From Bacteroidales bacterium (lineage in GTDB: Bacteria > Bacteroidota > Bacteroidia > Bacteroidales > WCHB1-69), in NCBI GenBank assembly GCA_017549765.1, contig JAFYNM010000009.1, positions 8,390 through 72,389 on the forward strand: a DNA stretch of 64,000 nt, read 5' to 3'. Within the stretch, counting starts at the first letter, position 1; each line of letters opens with the position of its first letter. Below the pieces are notes generated by a model. That model made no database searches. It saw nothing but the letters and a program-made list of their open reading frames with translations, and was not told where the DNA came from. The translations under genes and the position numbers were made by a program. Positions 19,401 through 27,279 of this stretch are shown in pieces.

Positions 19401-22400
19401 ATGTAATGGGCGGCATTGCCTGTCCAGTTCACCACAGCGGAAGTCTCCGTCACGTTACTAGCTGTCACATTCTCAGGAACAGCACAAATGGGCAGATCGC
19501 CACAAGGAGTGATGCTCAGTTTGATGTTCGGCACGTATGTGGAACGGGTACCGGTGTTGGTTCCCGGATGCTCCGCATAAGAAGCGTTGCCATCAGCCTG
19601 ACGATATAAGCATCTGTTGCTCTTAGAGGTGTAATAATATTTCAAGCTACCAGTGTAGTCGCTACCGGCAGCGTGAGTAACCACGATTACCAAGTTGTCC
19701 TCACCATTGTAGTTGAAGGGGTTGGTGAGCTGTCTTGTCTCCCAGCCGGTGGAAGAACCAATGGTGATGTTGTTGGCGGTATAGACTAAGGTAAGGTCAG
19801 ACAGCGGAGTCCAATCGGAAGTGGAAGCATGGATATCTTTAGTGGTATGACCCATGTAGATCTTGATTTGATCGCAGGTATAGGCGGTAGCGCTGCTCAC
19901 ATTGTAGGAAATAGCATCGATAACACCGGAGGTTCCAATTTCGGAAGCCAGATAAATACACTCATTCCAAGAGTTACCATAGTAGTTGTTGTAAGGAGAA
20001 TAGTAAGACTCCGAAGTACCCGTGCCAACAGTCAGGTTTGTCTGTGAGCCACCAGTAGAGCAAGGAACCATCACGTTAATCACGGAATAATCGCTCTCCA
20101 AAGTATTGTGGTTACAGAAGGATTTCACTCTGATCTCATAAGAGGTCGCGGTCTGCACCGGAGTGATGGTATAGGAGGGTTGGTTCAAGTCAATCTCAGA
20201 AGACCAGAGGTCAGTGCCAGCCATTCTGTATTGCAGGATCCAATGTCCGAAGTAGTCGTTGCTGGTCCAGGTCACATCGATCTGGTTGCCGTTCGGCGTA
20301 CCCGTCAAGTTGACAGGAGCGGGACATTCCACCGTGGTGGCGAAGTTCACCACATTGGAAGTGGCAGTGCCATTATCCACGGAACAATGAGCCACCACGC
20401 GCAAGTTGTAGTTGGTGGAAACTGCTAAACCGCCAATGTTCACGGGAACAGCATTGACACCTGTCATGATCGTGACCCATTCGGTAGAAGAAGCCTCTTT
20501 TATCTCCACATCATAGGTGGTATGAGGAGCCACGGTCCACTCCACATCAGCATCGAAAGCAGTCGGGGTCACCGTCACATTCTCAGGAGCACCGCAGATG
20601 GACAACGTGGTGAAAGTAGTGTTGGCATAGTCGCTGGAGGTATTGGCATCACAAACCCTCTTCACACGCACCATATACTCGGTGTTGGAGGTGAGGTTTG
20701 TCATGTTCACCGTGTTGGCCAAAGCGGAAACAGTGGTCCAATCAGTCTCTTCAGCAGTCTTGTACTCAACCTGCCACGTTACGTTCGTATCAGCAGCCCA
20801 AGCAATGGTGGCGGACTCAGCCTCGATGTTGGAAACGGCCAGATCGGCAGGAGGCATACAAGAACCAGCCACGATGGTGATATTGTCGATAGCTGCAGCA
20901 GGTTGTGTACCGCCACTATTGTCGTTCACCCAAGTGAAGACCAGTCTCTTGACGGTCTGTGTGCTCTCGCCAGCCAAAGCAACGGAAGCATGCTGCCAGC
21001 CATCGGAGAGATTGTATTTGACAATATTGTCAGAGAGTTGTTGACCAACAACCAGATCATCATTGGGATCAATCATAGAAACGGCAAAAAAGTCATACAG
21101 GGTGTATGTACCTTCACCGCCCACTCTGTAATCGAAGGAAAGGATAGCACCTTCTGCCGGGACCATCACATCCATATAGACGTGAGAAACGGACGTTGTG
21201 GCAATATCGTATTTGTTGGAGTTACCATTGTCAGACACATACAGAGCGCCAGTCTGGAAACCGGTGGGCTGACCCACATACCACTCGTTGGCTTGTGAGC
21301 TCTGATCAAAATTCCATTGGTTGGACTCGCCGTCGAAGTTTTCTGCATACGGGAGTGCCACTTCATGAAGGATGATGTCGGCGTTATTGCGCGGGAAGAG
21401 CTGTTTTTGAGCGTTGTAGGCAGCCACAAAACCGATCACATCGGCTGTCTGACCCGTCACCACGTTGGCACTCAGATTGGAAAATGCATTGTAGATGTAC
21501 AGGTTGTCAGAACCATTCTGGCTGAAGGTCACACTGTTTCTGGTGGCAGGCACAAACTGACGATTGCCTGTAAAGGTGATACCGACAATCTTCACCAACT
21601 GACCCTCATAGGTATCGTAGTTATTCAGAATATTATCGGCAGTAACCGTGATAGGATTCAGATGACCCACATTGATAATAGCTGCATCGGTACCGTGCGT
21701 GGGAACCAATTCAACCATGCCGTTATAGACAGTACGGGTTCCATACACATGCGGAATCACATCGCCTTCTTGATAGTCAGCCAGTACAGGAGTGTTATAG
21801 TCATAAATGCAAAGACCGCCAGTAGCATCCTTTACGAACACATAGCGGCCGCTCTTGAAGACAAAAGTACAGTTGGGAATATCATAAACAACATTAGACG
21901 TTCCGTTCAAACGGAAATCAGCGGTAGTAGTCACCACCGGGAAGGAATAAGTGGCTTCTGCCACAGAGCTCTCCTCGTCACCCAAAACGGCGATAGCTTT
22001 CACCGTCGTGGTGGTAGAAATATTGAGAGGCGTGGAGTAAAGAGTAGAAGCACTGGTAGGCGTGGTACCATCCAACGTGTAATAGATAGAAGCGCCAGCA
22101 GGAGCGGTCATGGAGAGGGTTACTGCCTCATATTTGAAACCGCCGGCAACAGAGAACACAGGGGCAGCCAGAGTGCCAGCCTCTTGCAACTTATAGAAAG
22201 AAAGCTCTTGTTGGCTAGTGTTGCCATAGCATGCAAAACGCGGACTTGAAGCGTTATAGCTCAAATTACGAGTATTGTAGGCCACATTGGTCAACACCCA
22301 ATTACCGTCCACATCAATGGAAGGGGTCCAGCGGGCATTGTCTGCCAACGTGCTCACCAAAATGGCGCTATTGCCACTTCCTGCATATGAGGGATACAAT

Positions 22401-22735
22401 TCTGCAGCCTCATTGTACAAGGAGATGGTGCCGTCGCCAGCAACCGTGATGTACCAAACAATGCTGGCATCGGGATTGCTGAACACCGCATCCGTCTTCA
22501 AAATGTAATTCGTGGACGTGTTGGAGTTTTGATTCAACATCGCATACTCTCCGGTCTGGTTTGTCACAACATAATAACCGGACGTCAATTCGTCCAGGCT
22601 GTTAATCTTGACAAACGTTCCTGTGCCCGAATACTGCGCCAAAAGGGTGCTCACCGTCATCAGCATCGTCAGCATCAAAACGGTCGCACTCTTCAGAGCT
22701 CTGGGTAAAGTCTTTAAAAAGTCAAACTTTTTCAT
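13409..22735 (-). CDS. 3108-aa multi-domain cell-surface protein with a T9SS C-terminal sorting domain
   Basis: Signal peptide (aa 1-34). Fn3-associated/chitobiase-C-like segment (ASIYYTLDGTTPT). About 8 FN3-like modules and 3 MAM/choice-of-anchor-like modules (YAENFDG, YTQNFDG). Two copies of a ~190-aa unknown module and two CUB-like modules. Eight ~75-aa InlB-B-repeat-like units (YTITxxAGxNGTITPxG). The C-terminal CTD is NVYIVNENGIRIDNVQIYDVYGKLLY...YLVRL. Confidence 0.9.
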   Translation of the reverse strand: MKKFDFLKTLPRALKSATVLMLTMLMTVSTLLAQYSGTGTFVKINSLDELTSGYYVVTNQTGEYAMLNQNSNTSTNYILKTDAVFSNPDASIVWYITVAGDGTISLYNEAAELYPSYAGSGNSAILVSTLADNARWTPSIDVDGNWVLTNVAYNTRNLSYNASSPRFACYGNTSQQELSFYKLQEAGTLAAPVFSVAGGFKYEAVTLSMTAPAGASIYYTLDGTTPTSASTLYSTPLNISTTTTVKAIAVLGDEESSVAEATYSFPVVTTTADFRLNGTSNVVYDIPNCTFVFKSGRYVFVKDATGGLCIYDYNTPVLADYQEGDVIPHVYGTRTVYNGMVELVPTHGTDAAIINVGHLNPITVTADNILNNYDTYEGQLVKIVGITFTGNRQFVPATRNSVTFSQNGSDNLYIYNAFSNLSANVVTGQTADVIGFVAAYNAQKQLFPRNNADIILHEVALPYAENFDGESNQWNFDQSSQANEWYVGQPTGFQTGALYVSDNGNSNKYDIATTSVSHVYMDVMVPAEGAILSFDYRVGGEGTYTLYDFFAVSMIDPNDDLVVGQQLSDNIVKYNLSDGWQHASVALAGESTQTVKRLVFTWVNDNSGGTQPAAAIDNITIVAGSCMPPADLAVSNIEAESATIAWAADTNVTWQVEYKTAEETDWTTVSALANTVNMTNLTSNTEYMVRVKRVCDANTSSDYANTTFTTLSICGAPENVTVTPTAFDADVEWTVAPHTTYDVEIKEASSTEWVTIMTGVNAVPVNIGGLAVSTNYNLRVVAHCSVDNGTATSNVVNFATTVECPAPVNLTGTPNGNQIDVTWTSNDYFGHWILQYRMAGTDLWSSEIDLNQPSYTITPVQTATSYEIRVKSFCNHNTLESDYSVINVMVPCSTGGSQTNLTVGTGTSESYYSPYNNYYGNSWNECIYLASEIGTSGVIDAISYNVSSATAYTCDQIKIYMGHTTKDIHASTSDWTPLSDLTLVYTANNITIGSSTGWETRQLTNPFNYNGEDNLVIVVTHAAGSDYTGSLKYYYTSKSNRCLYRQADGNASYAEHPGTNTGTRSTYVPNIKLSITPCGDLPICAVPENVTASNVTETSAVVNWTGNAAHYIIKVSTPNAADEIITGISGNSYTLTGLNPNETHYTVMVASQCEENTYSTYSTSASFTTGCVAMTIPYTQNFDGYAGSTASTVVSHVMPPCWSYHNAGTSYPGYPQTYNSSSYAASGVNSLRFYMYTSSGYADQYAIMPVTDVPVNQLMVNFDLRGYNTGTSYCAELEVGVMTDPTDPSTFVSLGSHYETGATTYNNYTIYLNNYTGNGQYIAFKAPKPSTGYNAFTVDNILVDYAPSCSAPTITNYNITSKLLTWTNGDMGTPQSYQVICNANGTTTNTFTFTTTEGLLMGLAGLTDYTVYVRTICGEGDTSEWSAPYTFTTPETGCTDPANLVAVVNANQDVTLTWDADPEQNTWAVYSKFSDSPVWSAPVMVTGTPTVTLSGLQTATTYDFRVSAICNNGTTESGFTYASAYIPCSTASGDPEVIVGTGTSTTYTAPFNNFYKNSRNEVIYLASEIGQAGPITSIAYNVSNAANWTASTINIYLAHTSRTTFASTTDWTPANDLTLVYSSTNQTIGSSTGWLTFDLETPFMYNGTDNLVVVVTKTCSSYNSSLKFYYTSLSNRCLYRQSDSNTAYADITNVSQSGTKTTYVPNIKFNILPPCNDPVLCEAEVTGVTTSNVTETSLTVNWTATGADSYVLEYGEEGFAVGAGTQITTTATSATINGLADATSYSFVVYPICANGNVGTPNEIVVTTGGTVVEPDVFVMGQDFNVTTCDAYIYDDGGPTGNYLTYSDETLVVTPSTPGAGLHITGTYDMEDGYDYVSIYDANNNLLAELTDYGTVDITTQGAITIVLESDGSVCYSGFAFHVECVGGEEPPVVETDVYVMGEDVNVTTCDAIIYDNGGATGNYETYSDETMVINPGVAGASLHFTGTYNMETNWDYIYIYDANNTQLYELTGSGEVDFTVNGPVTIHLESDGSVCYSGFAFNVACVIPQTINTELNGISGIADACDLSGQHITAFVTNTGIDHITSLTGTYSVNGGAVVTETFYVQLPADQGTSVTFTTPVVFTQTTGNEIEVSVYASNEPSTLWNDNTVSLTGINEIAPMTAPYPVLPVSGSQVGSDGWNVIDVYGNGVNWTISGTTMNAPHSDFVNLNNWIITPCYDLTAGMYKVTYDYKVNNSAIPESFAVYYGQGGQVADMTNLLAQYTNASNDTYLTATHYINIPADGTYNFGFLANSEAGGLGMSVKALTVKKMVTMTALANGNGTITPSGQIMATEGENVTFVMNPDANYYLQNVTLNGQIVATYGNVAQGVIYHHTVAANDVLIANFTRANLFNYVVDGGQGYVNGDFYTAPASWSETYANGEDIYITFVPDAGYHVENVNINGVDYGPITDWVITNVAHDYTFIITFAPNTYVVTTTAYGNGTVTPGATFVYDPANTYNFVATPAANAHIASILRNNEELTIVDPFSAYTETLTNILSDYNYVVRFDPNNYTVTATAGAHGTITPAGESNYVYTTDAVYAINAANGYYIASVTVDGVTTDYTQANALTSMTYTFAHISANHTISATFAQYEYTITVNAGENGTINPGTTTVGENATPTFNIVPNAGYGIADVTVDGVSVGAVTSYTFAPVSANHTIAATFAQYQYTITATAGNGGVITPNGVTNMVYNGNQTYTITPSAGYHIADVYVDGASVGAVTSYTFTGVTANHTIYAAFDINEYTVTVTQPAHGDITPGTITVQYGATPSFVITPNIGYNVTAITLNGTNVIGNTPQVNGVYTLTLPAVTANATLTATMTAKTYTITASAGANGTITPSGVATVNFGDNKSYSFTPANGYEVANVMVDGMSMGAISSYTFVNVVANHTINVTFKLQECELPTNMQTIFVDTTSATLYWYHAGAVSYDIQYKAVTDATFTTTNTTQTTYTLTGLTPSTTYIWMVRANCVANNPSDWTNGTMFRTLDVFQNPDGIEEHIKDMINVYSETNNVYIVNENGIRIDNVQIYDVYGKLLYTGSVNGTSEVISMNVATGTYLVRLATEYGTCNYKLHLTK

Positions 22736-22827
22736 GTTGTTTTTGATTTAATTTAACAATAATTTAGTTTTATTTTTAATTTATATTCTCTCTTTTATAC
22801 CTATTTCAAAATGATAAAAAAAGCCTG

Positions 22828-22835
22828 CAAATATA
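22828..22835 (-). promoter_or_regulatory. -7 box TATATTTG for the giant gene (about 85-nt leader)
   Basis: The plus strand reads CAAATATA in an AT-rich divergent region. Confidence 0.5.
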
Positions 22836-22915
22836 ATGTTTTCTTTGAATACACAAAATTTTATTTTATATATAATTCTTTAATAAGCCTTACACGCTGA
22901 TTCACCGAATTTTTA

Positions 22916-22923
22916 TACATTTG
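22916..22923 (+). promoter_or_regulatory. -7 box TACATTTG for the gldB-like gene
   Basis: Matches TAnnTTTG, 30 nt upstream of the ATG at 22953. Confidence 0.55.
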
Positions 22924-22952
22924 CAGCCTTAATGTAAATATTTGAAATACAG

Positions 22953-23993
22953 ATGAAAATCAATCGTTTATCCGTTTTTGTTATCGGTTTTTCTTGCCTC
23001 TTCCTCTTTTTCTCCTGCCACAAAAAAGCGACCATCGCCACCCCCGAACTGACAAAAGAAGAGAAAGAAGAGATACGGAATGTGGAGATTTCCATCCAAC
23101 GATACGAAAACGCTCTCTCCGCCCTGGACTTGAAACAACTGCCGGCAGGAATCGAACAGCTGTACGGCCAGTTCCCCGAAAACCTGATTTCCAAAGACTG
23201 CTGGAAAAACCAGCAGATGATGCAGGGACTCAAAGCCTACCTCCAAGACCCCGTCATCAAGGAGCTCTACAAAGAGTGCGGCAAACAATATCAGGACATG
23301 TCAGACGTGGAGGAAGCTCTCAAAAATGCACTCCAAATCTATCTCACTCATTTTCCGAAAGACAGTATCCCGCACTTCTACACCTTGATTCCTGGACTCG
23401 ACTTCTCCACCCCCTCGGTGTTCGGCGTGGATAACGATGTCTTCATCTGCCTCGACATGTACCTGGGGAGCAACTACAAATACTATGCTCAAGCCAATAT
23501 GCCCCGCTACATCGCCGCCCATTGTGAAAGGAAGTATATCGCCACGGATGTGTTTTCCAAATGCCTCTGCTACAAACATCTGCCAGACAAGACCTTGATC
23601 ACGCTGTTAGACAACATGATAGAAGAAGGGAAGAAACTCTATTTCACCCAAACGATGTTTCCCAAGACAACCGAACAAGACATTATCGGCTATAGCTCCG
23701 AAAAGTTTGATTGGGCAAAGAAATATCAGGGACAAGTGTGGCAATATTTCGTCGAAAAACAACTTTTATACTCCAAAGACGAGACTGTGGTGCGCCGGAT
23801 GATCGACGAGACCCCGTTCACGCGCGACTTCGGAAACGAGTCGCCCGGACGCATCGGCGCCTTCCTCGGATGGCAAATCGTGAAAAGCTATATGGCTAAT
23901 AACAAAGAGGTTACCCTGCTCGACCTAATGCAAAACTCCAACGCCCAGGAGATCCTCAACCAATCCTATTATAAGCCGAATTTTAACAAATAG
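22953..23993 (+). CDS. gldB: GldB-family lipoprotein (gliding-motility/T9SS-associated, DUF2268-like)
   Basis: Lipoprotein signal FLFFSCHKK. The C-terminal block NESPGRIGAFLGWQIVKSYMANNKEVTL...YYKP matches my recollection of Flavobacterium GldB (NESPGQVGSWIGWQIVRSYMENNK). Confidence 0.6.
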   Translation: MKINRLSVFVIGFSCLFLFFSCHKKATIATPELTKEEKEEIRNVEISIQRYENALSALDLKQLPAGIEQLYGQFPENLISKDCWKNQQMMQGLKAYLQDPVIKELYKECGKQYQDMSDVEEALKNALQIYLTHFPKDSIPHFYTLIPGLDFSTPSVFGVDNDVFICLDMYLGSNYKYYAQANMPRYIAAHCERKYIATDVFSKCLCYKHLPDKTLITLLDNMIEEGKKLYFTQTMFPKTTEQDIIGYSSEKFDWAKKYQGQVWQYFVEKQLLYSKDETVVRRMIDETPFTRDFGNESPGRIGAFLGWQIVKSYMANNKEVTLLDLMQNSNAQEILNQSYYKPNFNK

Positions 23994-24033
23994 TATATAA
24001 AAATAAATTTTTTGTTATTTTATTAGAATTTTA

Positions 24034-24041
24034 TATATTTG
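24034..24041 (+). promoter_or_regulatory. -7 box TATATTTG for ssb
   Basis: Matches TAnnTTTG, 28 nt upstream of the ATG at 24069. Confidence 0.55.
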
Positions 24042-24068
24042 CCGCGTATAACTTAAAAACAAAACAAT

Positions 24069-24509
24069 ATGTCTGGTATTAACAAAGTAATCTTAATTGG
24101 TCGTCTTGGCAAGGATCCGGAGACCAGAACCTTCGAAGGTGGGGTTAAGAAATCATCTTTCACCTTGGCAACGTCTGAGTATCGCAAAGACAAAGACGGT
24201 AACCGCATCGAATTGACGGAATGGCACAACATCGTCTGCTGGCGCAATCTGGCAGAGGTCGCCGAGAAGTACCTCAACAAGGGTAAAATGATCTATGTGG
24301 AGGGCAAACTCCGCACGCGCAACTGGGAAGACAATGGCATCAAGCACTACATCACAGAAGTGGAAGCCAGCACCTTCACCATGCTGGAGTCGCGCCCTGC
24401 CGGAGAAACCGCGCCCGTGGCCACGCAGAATGCCAACATGGGCAACACCGTGCCGCAACCCGCCATGGAGGAGCCCGTCTCCAACGAGACCGACGATCTT
24501 CCGTTCTAA
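24069..24509 (+). CDS. ssb: single-stranded DNA-binding protein
   Basis: OB-fold N-terminus NKVILIGRLGKDPE...TEWHNIV and an acidic tip DDLPF. Confidence 0.92.
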   Translation: MSGINKVILIGRLGKDPETRTFEGGVKKSSFTLATSEYRKDKDGNRIELTEWHNIVCWRNLAEVAEKYLNKGKMIYVEGKLRTRNWEDNGIKHYITEVEASTFTMLESRPAGETAPVATQNANMGNTVPQPAMEEPVSNETDDLPF

Positions 24510-24512
24510 TCT

Positions 24513-27182
24513 TTAGTGCGCGTCGTACCAACTCCTGCCCGCGTTGATGTCCACATCCAACGGGACGGAGAGTTGCATGGCGCCCATCATCTCTGTACGG
24601 ACAATCTCGCGCAGGGTGTCGAGCTCCTCCTTGAGGCAGTCGAACACCAACTCATCGTGGACCTGCAGGATCATGCGGCTGCGCAGACCCTTATCTTCTA
24701 TCTCCCGCTGTATGCGGATCATGGCTATTTTGATCAAATCGGCGGCAGTGCCCTGTATCGGCGCATTGATGGCGTTGCGCTCCGCCGATTTCCTCAAAAT
24801 GGCATTGTGGGCATTGATGTCCCGAATGTAACGGCGCCGACCCAACAGGGTCTCCACATAGAGATTCTCGCGGGCAAAAGCTAGCGTGTCGTTCAAATAA
24901 TCATTGATTTTCGGAAAACTGTGGAAGTAGTCCGTGATCAACTGGCGCGCTTCGTATTGCGGGATCTGCAGCCGGTCGGCCAGCCCGAAGGCAGAGATAC
25001 CGTACAATATCCCGAAATTGACCGTCTTGGCATTGCGGCGCATATCCTTGGTTACCTCCTCTTGCGGGACTCCATAAATATGCGCGGCCATGGCTGCATG
25101 AATATCCTCATGCCGGCGGAAGGTCTCAATCATCCGCTCGTCGCCACAGACGTGCGCTACAATGCGGAGCTCGATCTGGGAGTAGTCGGCAGCCAACAAC
25201 ACGTGGTCGTCGTCCGCCGCCACAAAGGCCTTGCGTATGTCACGCCCCCGCTCCGTGCGGATGGGGATGTTCTGTAAGTTCGGGTTCACCGAGCTCAGCC
25301 GACCGGTCGCCGTGATGGTCTGCATGTACGTGGTGTGAATCCGCCCGGTCTTGGGGTTGATCAACGCCGGCAGCGCATCGATGTAGGTGGACTTCAGCTT
25401 GGAGAGTTTGCGCCACTCGAGAATCATCGGCACGATGGGATGCTTGGGAGCCAACTTCAACAGCACCTCCTCGCCGGTCTGATACTGCTTGCTCTTGGTC
25501 AGCTTGGCGTTCTCGACCAGACGGAGCCGTTCAAAAAGGACCTCGCCCAACTGCTTGGGAGACCCGATGTTGAAGGTGACGCCCGCCAGCTCATAAATCT
25601 GCTTCTCAAGCTCTTGCAACTCCTTCTGCATCGCCTCGGAATTTTGCTGGAGCGTGGGCACATCCAATCTAACCCCCGCCATCTCCATGTTCGCCAACAC
25701 CGGCGCCAAAGGCATCTCAACCTCCTCAAACAACCGCTGCAGCTCCCCTTCTTGAATGGCCTTCTCCAAGAGCGGATAAAGTTGGACAAAAGCCCCTACC
25801 CGATCCAGGGCCGACTGCTCCGGTGACGGTTCCGCATGGGCTAAGGTCGCTCCCAACAAAGTCTCCACCATCATCTCCAAGGTGTGCTTGCTCTCCGGCT
25901 GGATCAGATAATGCGCAATCTGCAAGTCCCAAACCTGCACATTGGGTTTTATCTTAAAAACAGTTAAAAACTTATACGTCTGCTTGTAGTCGTACAAGAC
26001 CACCCGGCCCTTCCCTGTGAAGATTCGGGATAACAGACTTTGATAATGCCGGTGTTCACTCTCCACAACATGATAGTAAGCCACCGACAAATCTGCCGCC
26101 ACCACAAAACCCGCTATGCGGCCATCCATCATAATCCAGTCAAAAAAGAGCTGCCTCGACTGCATCAACGTCTCCGGGAGATCGTCCGCACTCATAAGCT
26201 GGACCTTTTTCTCAACACCTTTGCAGCAAGGAAGTTCCTCACTCTCGGCAGATTCCGGCGACAACGAGAACAAATCCACCTCCCCGCTGGGATGCTCTGT
26301 GACGGCCAAGTCTTTTAACACCCGCTGTGTCAGTGCCTTGAATTCCAACTCCGCGAAGACGGCCTTCAACTCCGGAATATTGGGAGAGGTGAGGGCCATC
26401 TCGTTGAAGTCATAGTCCAGCGGGACATCCAACATGATGGTAGCCAGTTGTTTGGAAAGGAGAGCCTGTTCTTTGTTCTCCATCAGCAAGTTACGCATCT
26501 TCTCATTCTCCTGGTCGGCACCGCGGGCGTACATCTCCTCGATGGTGTGGTATGTGGCCAATAGCTTCTGCGCTTTAACCTGACCAATGCCAGGCACGCC
26601 CGGGATATTGTCGGAGCTGTCGCCCCAGAGACCCAGCATGTCGATCATCTGCTCGGGTTCTTGGATTTTGTATTTCTCGCACACCTCCTGCACACCCAAG
26701 ATCTCCGCTGGCTGTCCGAACTTGCCCGGCTTGTAGAGGTGAATGTGGTCCGACACCAGCTGGCCATAATCTTTGTCGGAGGTGACCATATAGACTTCAA
26801 AACCTTCTATTTCAGCGTGTTTTGCCAGACTACCCACCACATCGTCCGCCTCATAGCCGTCTTTGGCCACGATGGCGATGCGGAAAGCCTCCAGGATGCG
26901 CTTGATATAGGGCACGGAGAGAACGATGTCGTCGGGAGTGGCTTCCCGATTGGCCTTGTAGTTCTCAAACTCCGCATGGCGGAAGGTCAGTGCGCCCGTA
27001 TCGAACGCCACGGCCATGTGGGTGGGCTGCTCTTTCTTGATGATCTCGTACAGAGAGTTGGTGAACCCCAATATGGCGGAGGTGTTGAGACCTTTGGTGG
27101 TGTAGCGCGGACTCTTCATCATCGCATAGTACGCCCGGAATATCAGGCCCATCGCATCAATAAGGTATAATTTCTTCTGCAT
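24513..27182 (-). CDS. polA: DNA polymerase I
   Basis: 5'-nuclease N-terminus LYLIDAMGLIFRAYYA. Polymerase motifs A (LLAADYSQIELRI), B (RRNAKTVNFGILYG) and C (QVHDELVF). Confidence 0.93.
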   Translation of the reverse strand: MQKKLYLIDAMGLIFRAYYAMMKSPRYTTKGLNTSAILGFTNSLYEIIKKEQPTHMAVAFDTGALTFRHAEFENYKANREATPDDIVLSVPYIKRILEAFRIAIVAKDGYEADDVVGSLAKHAEIEGFEVYMVTSDKDYGQLVSDHIHLYKPGKFGQPAEILGVQEVCEKYKIQEPEQMIDMLGLWGDSSDNIPGVPGIGQVKAQKLLATYHTIEEMYARGADQENEKMRNLLMENKEQALLSKQLATIMLDVPLDYDFNEMALTSPNIPELKAVFAELEFKALTQRVLKDLAVTEHPSGEVDLFSLSPESAESEELPCCKGVEKKVQLMSADDLPETLMQSRQLFFDWIMMDGRIAGFVVAADLSVAYYHVVESEHRHYQSLLSRIFTGKGRVVLYDYKQTYKFLTVFKIKPNVQVWDLQIAHYLIQPESKHTLEMMVETLLGATLAHAEPSPEQSALDRVGAFVQLYPLLEKAIQEGELQRLFEEVEMPLAPVLANMEMAGVRLDVPTLQQNSEAMQKELQELEKQIYELAGVTFNIGSPKQLGEVLFERLRLVENAKLTKSKQYQTGEEVLLKLAPKHPIVPMILEWRKLSKLKSTYIDALPALINPKTGRIHTTYMQTITATGRLSSVNPNLQNIPIRTERGRDIRKAFVAADDDHVLLAADYSQIELRIVAHVCGDERMIETFRRHEDIHAAMAAHIYGVPQEEVTKDMRRNAKTVNFGILYGISAFGLADRLQIPQYEARQLITDYFHSFPKINDYLNDTLAFARENLYVETLLGRRRYIRDINAHNAILRKSAERNAINAPIQGTAADLIKIAMIRIQREIEDKGLRSRMILQVHDELVFDCLKEELDTLREIVRTEMMGAMQLSVPLDVDINAGRSWYDAH

Positions 27183-27208
27183 AGTGTTAATTTTTATTAA
27201 TCGCTACC

Positions 27209-27278
27209 CTCTCATCTTCCAACTCCAAACTCCTAACTTCTAACTCCTAACTTCTAACTGACAACTGATAACTGATAA
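27209..27278 (-). repeat. array of ~10 phased heptamers abutting the yggS stop codon (mRNA sense TTATCAG TTATCAG TTGTCAG TTAGAAG TTAGGAG TTAGAAG TTAGGAG TTTGGAG TTGGAAG)
   Basis: Plus-strand units read directly: CTCTCAT CTTCCAA CTCCAAA CTCCTAA CTTCTAA CTCCTAA CTTCTAA CTGACAA CTGATAA CTGATAA. Confidence 0.85.
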
Positions 27279-27279
27279 C

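Noticed and set aside
22820-22925. Apparent inverted repeat (gcctgcaaatata / tacatttgcagcc) between the giant gene and gldB, considered as an inverton
   Set aside because: The matching part is just the two divergent -7 promoter boxes (TAnnTTTGC) facing away from each other. There is no extended IR beyond the promoter consensus.
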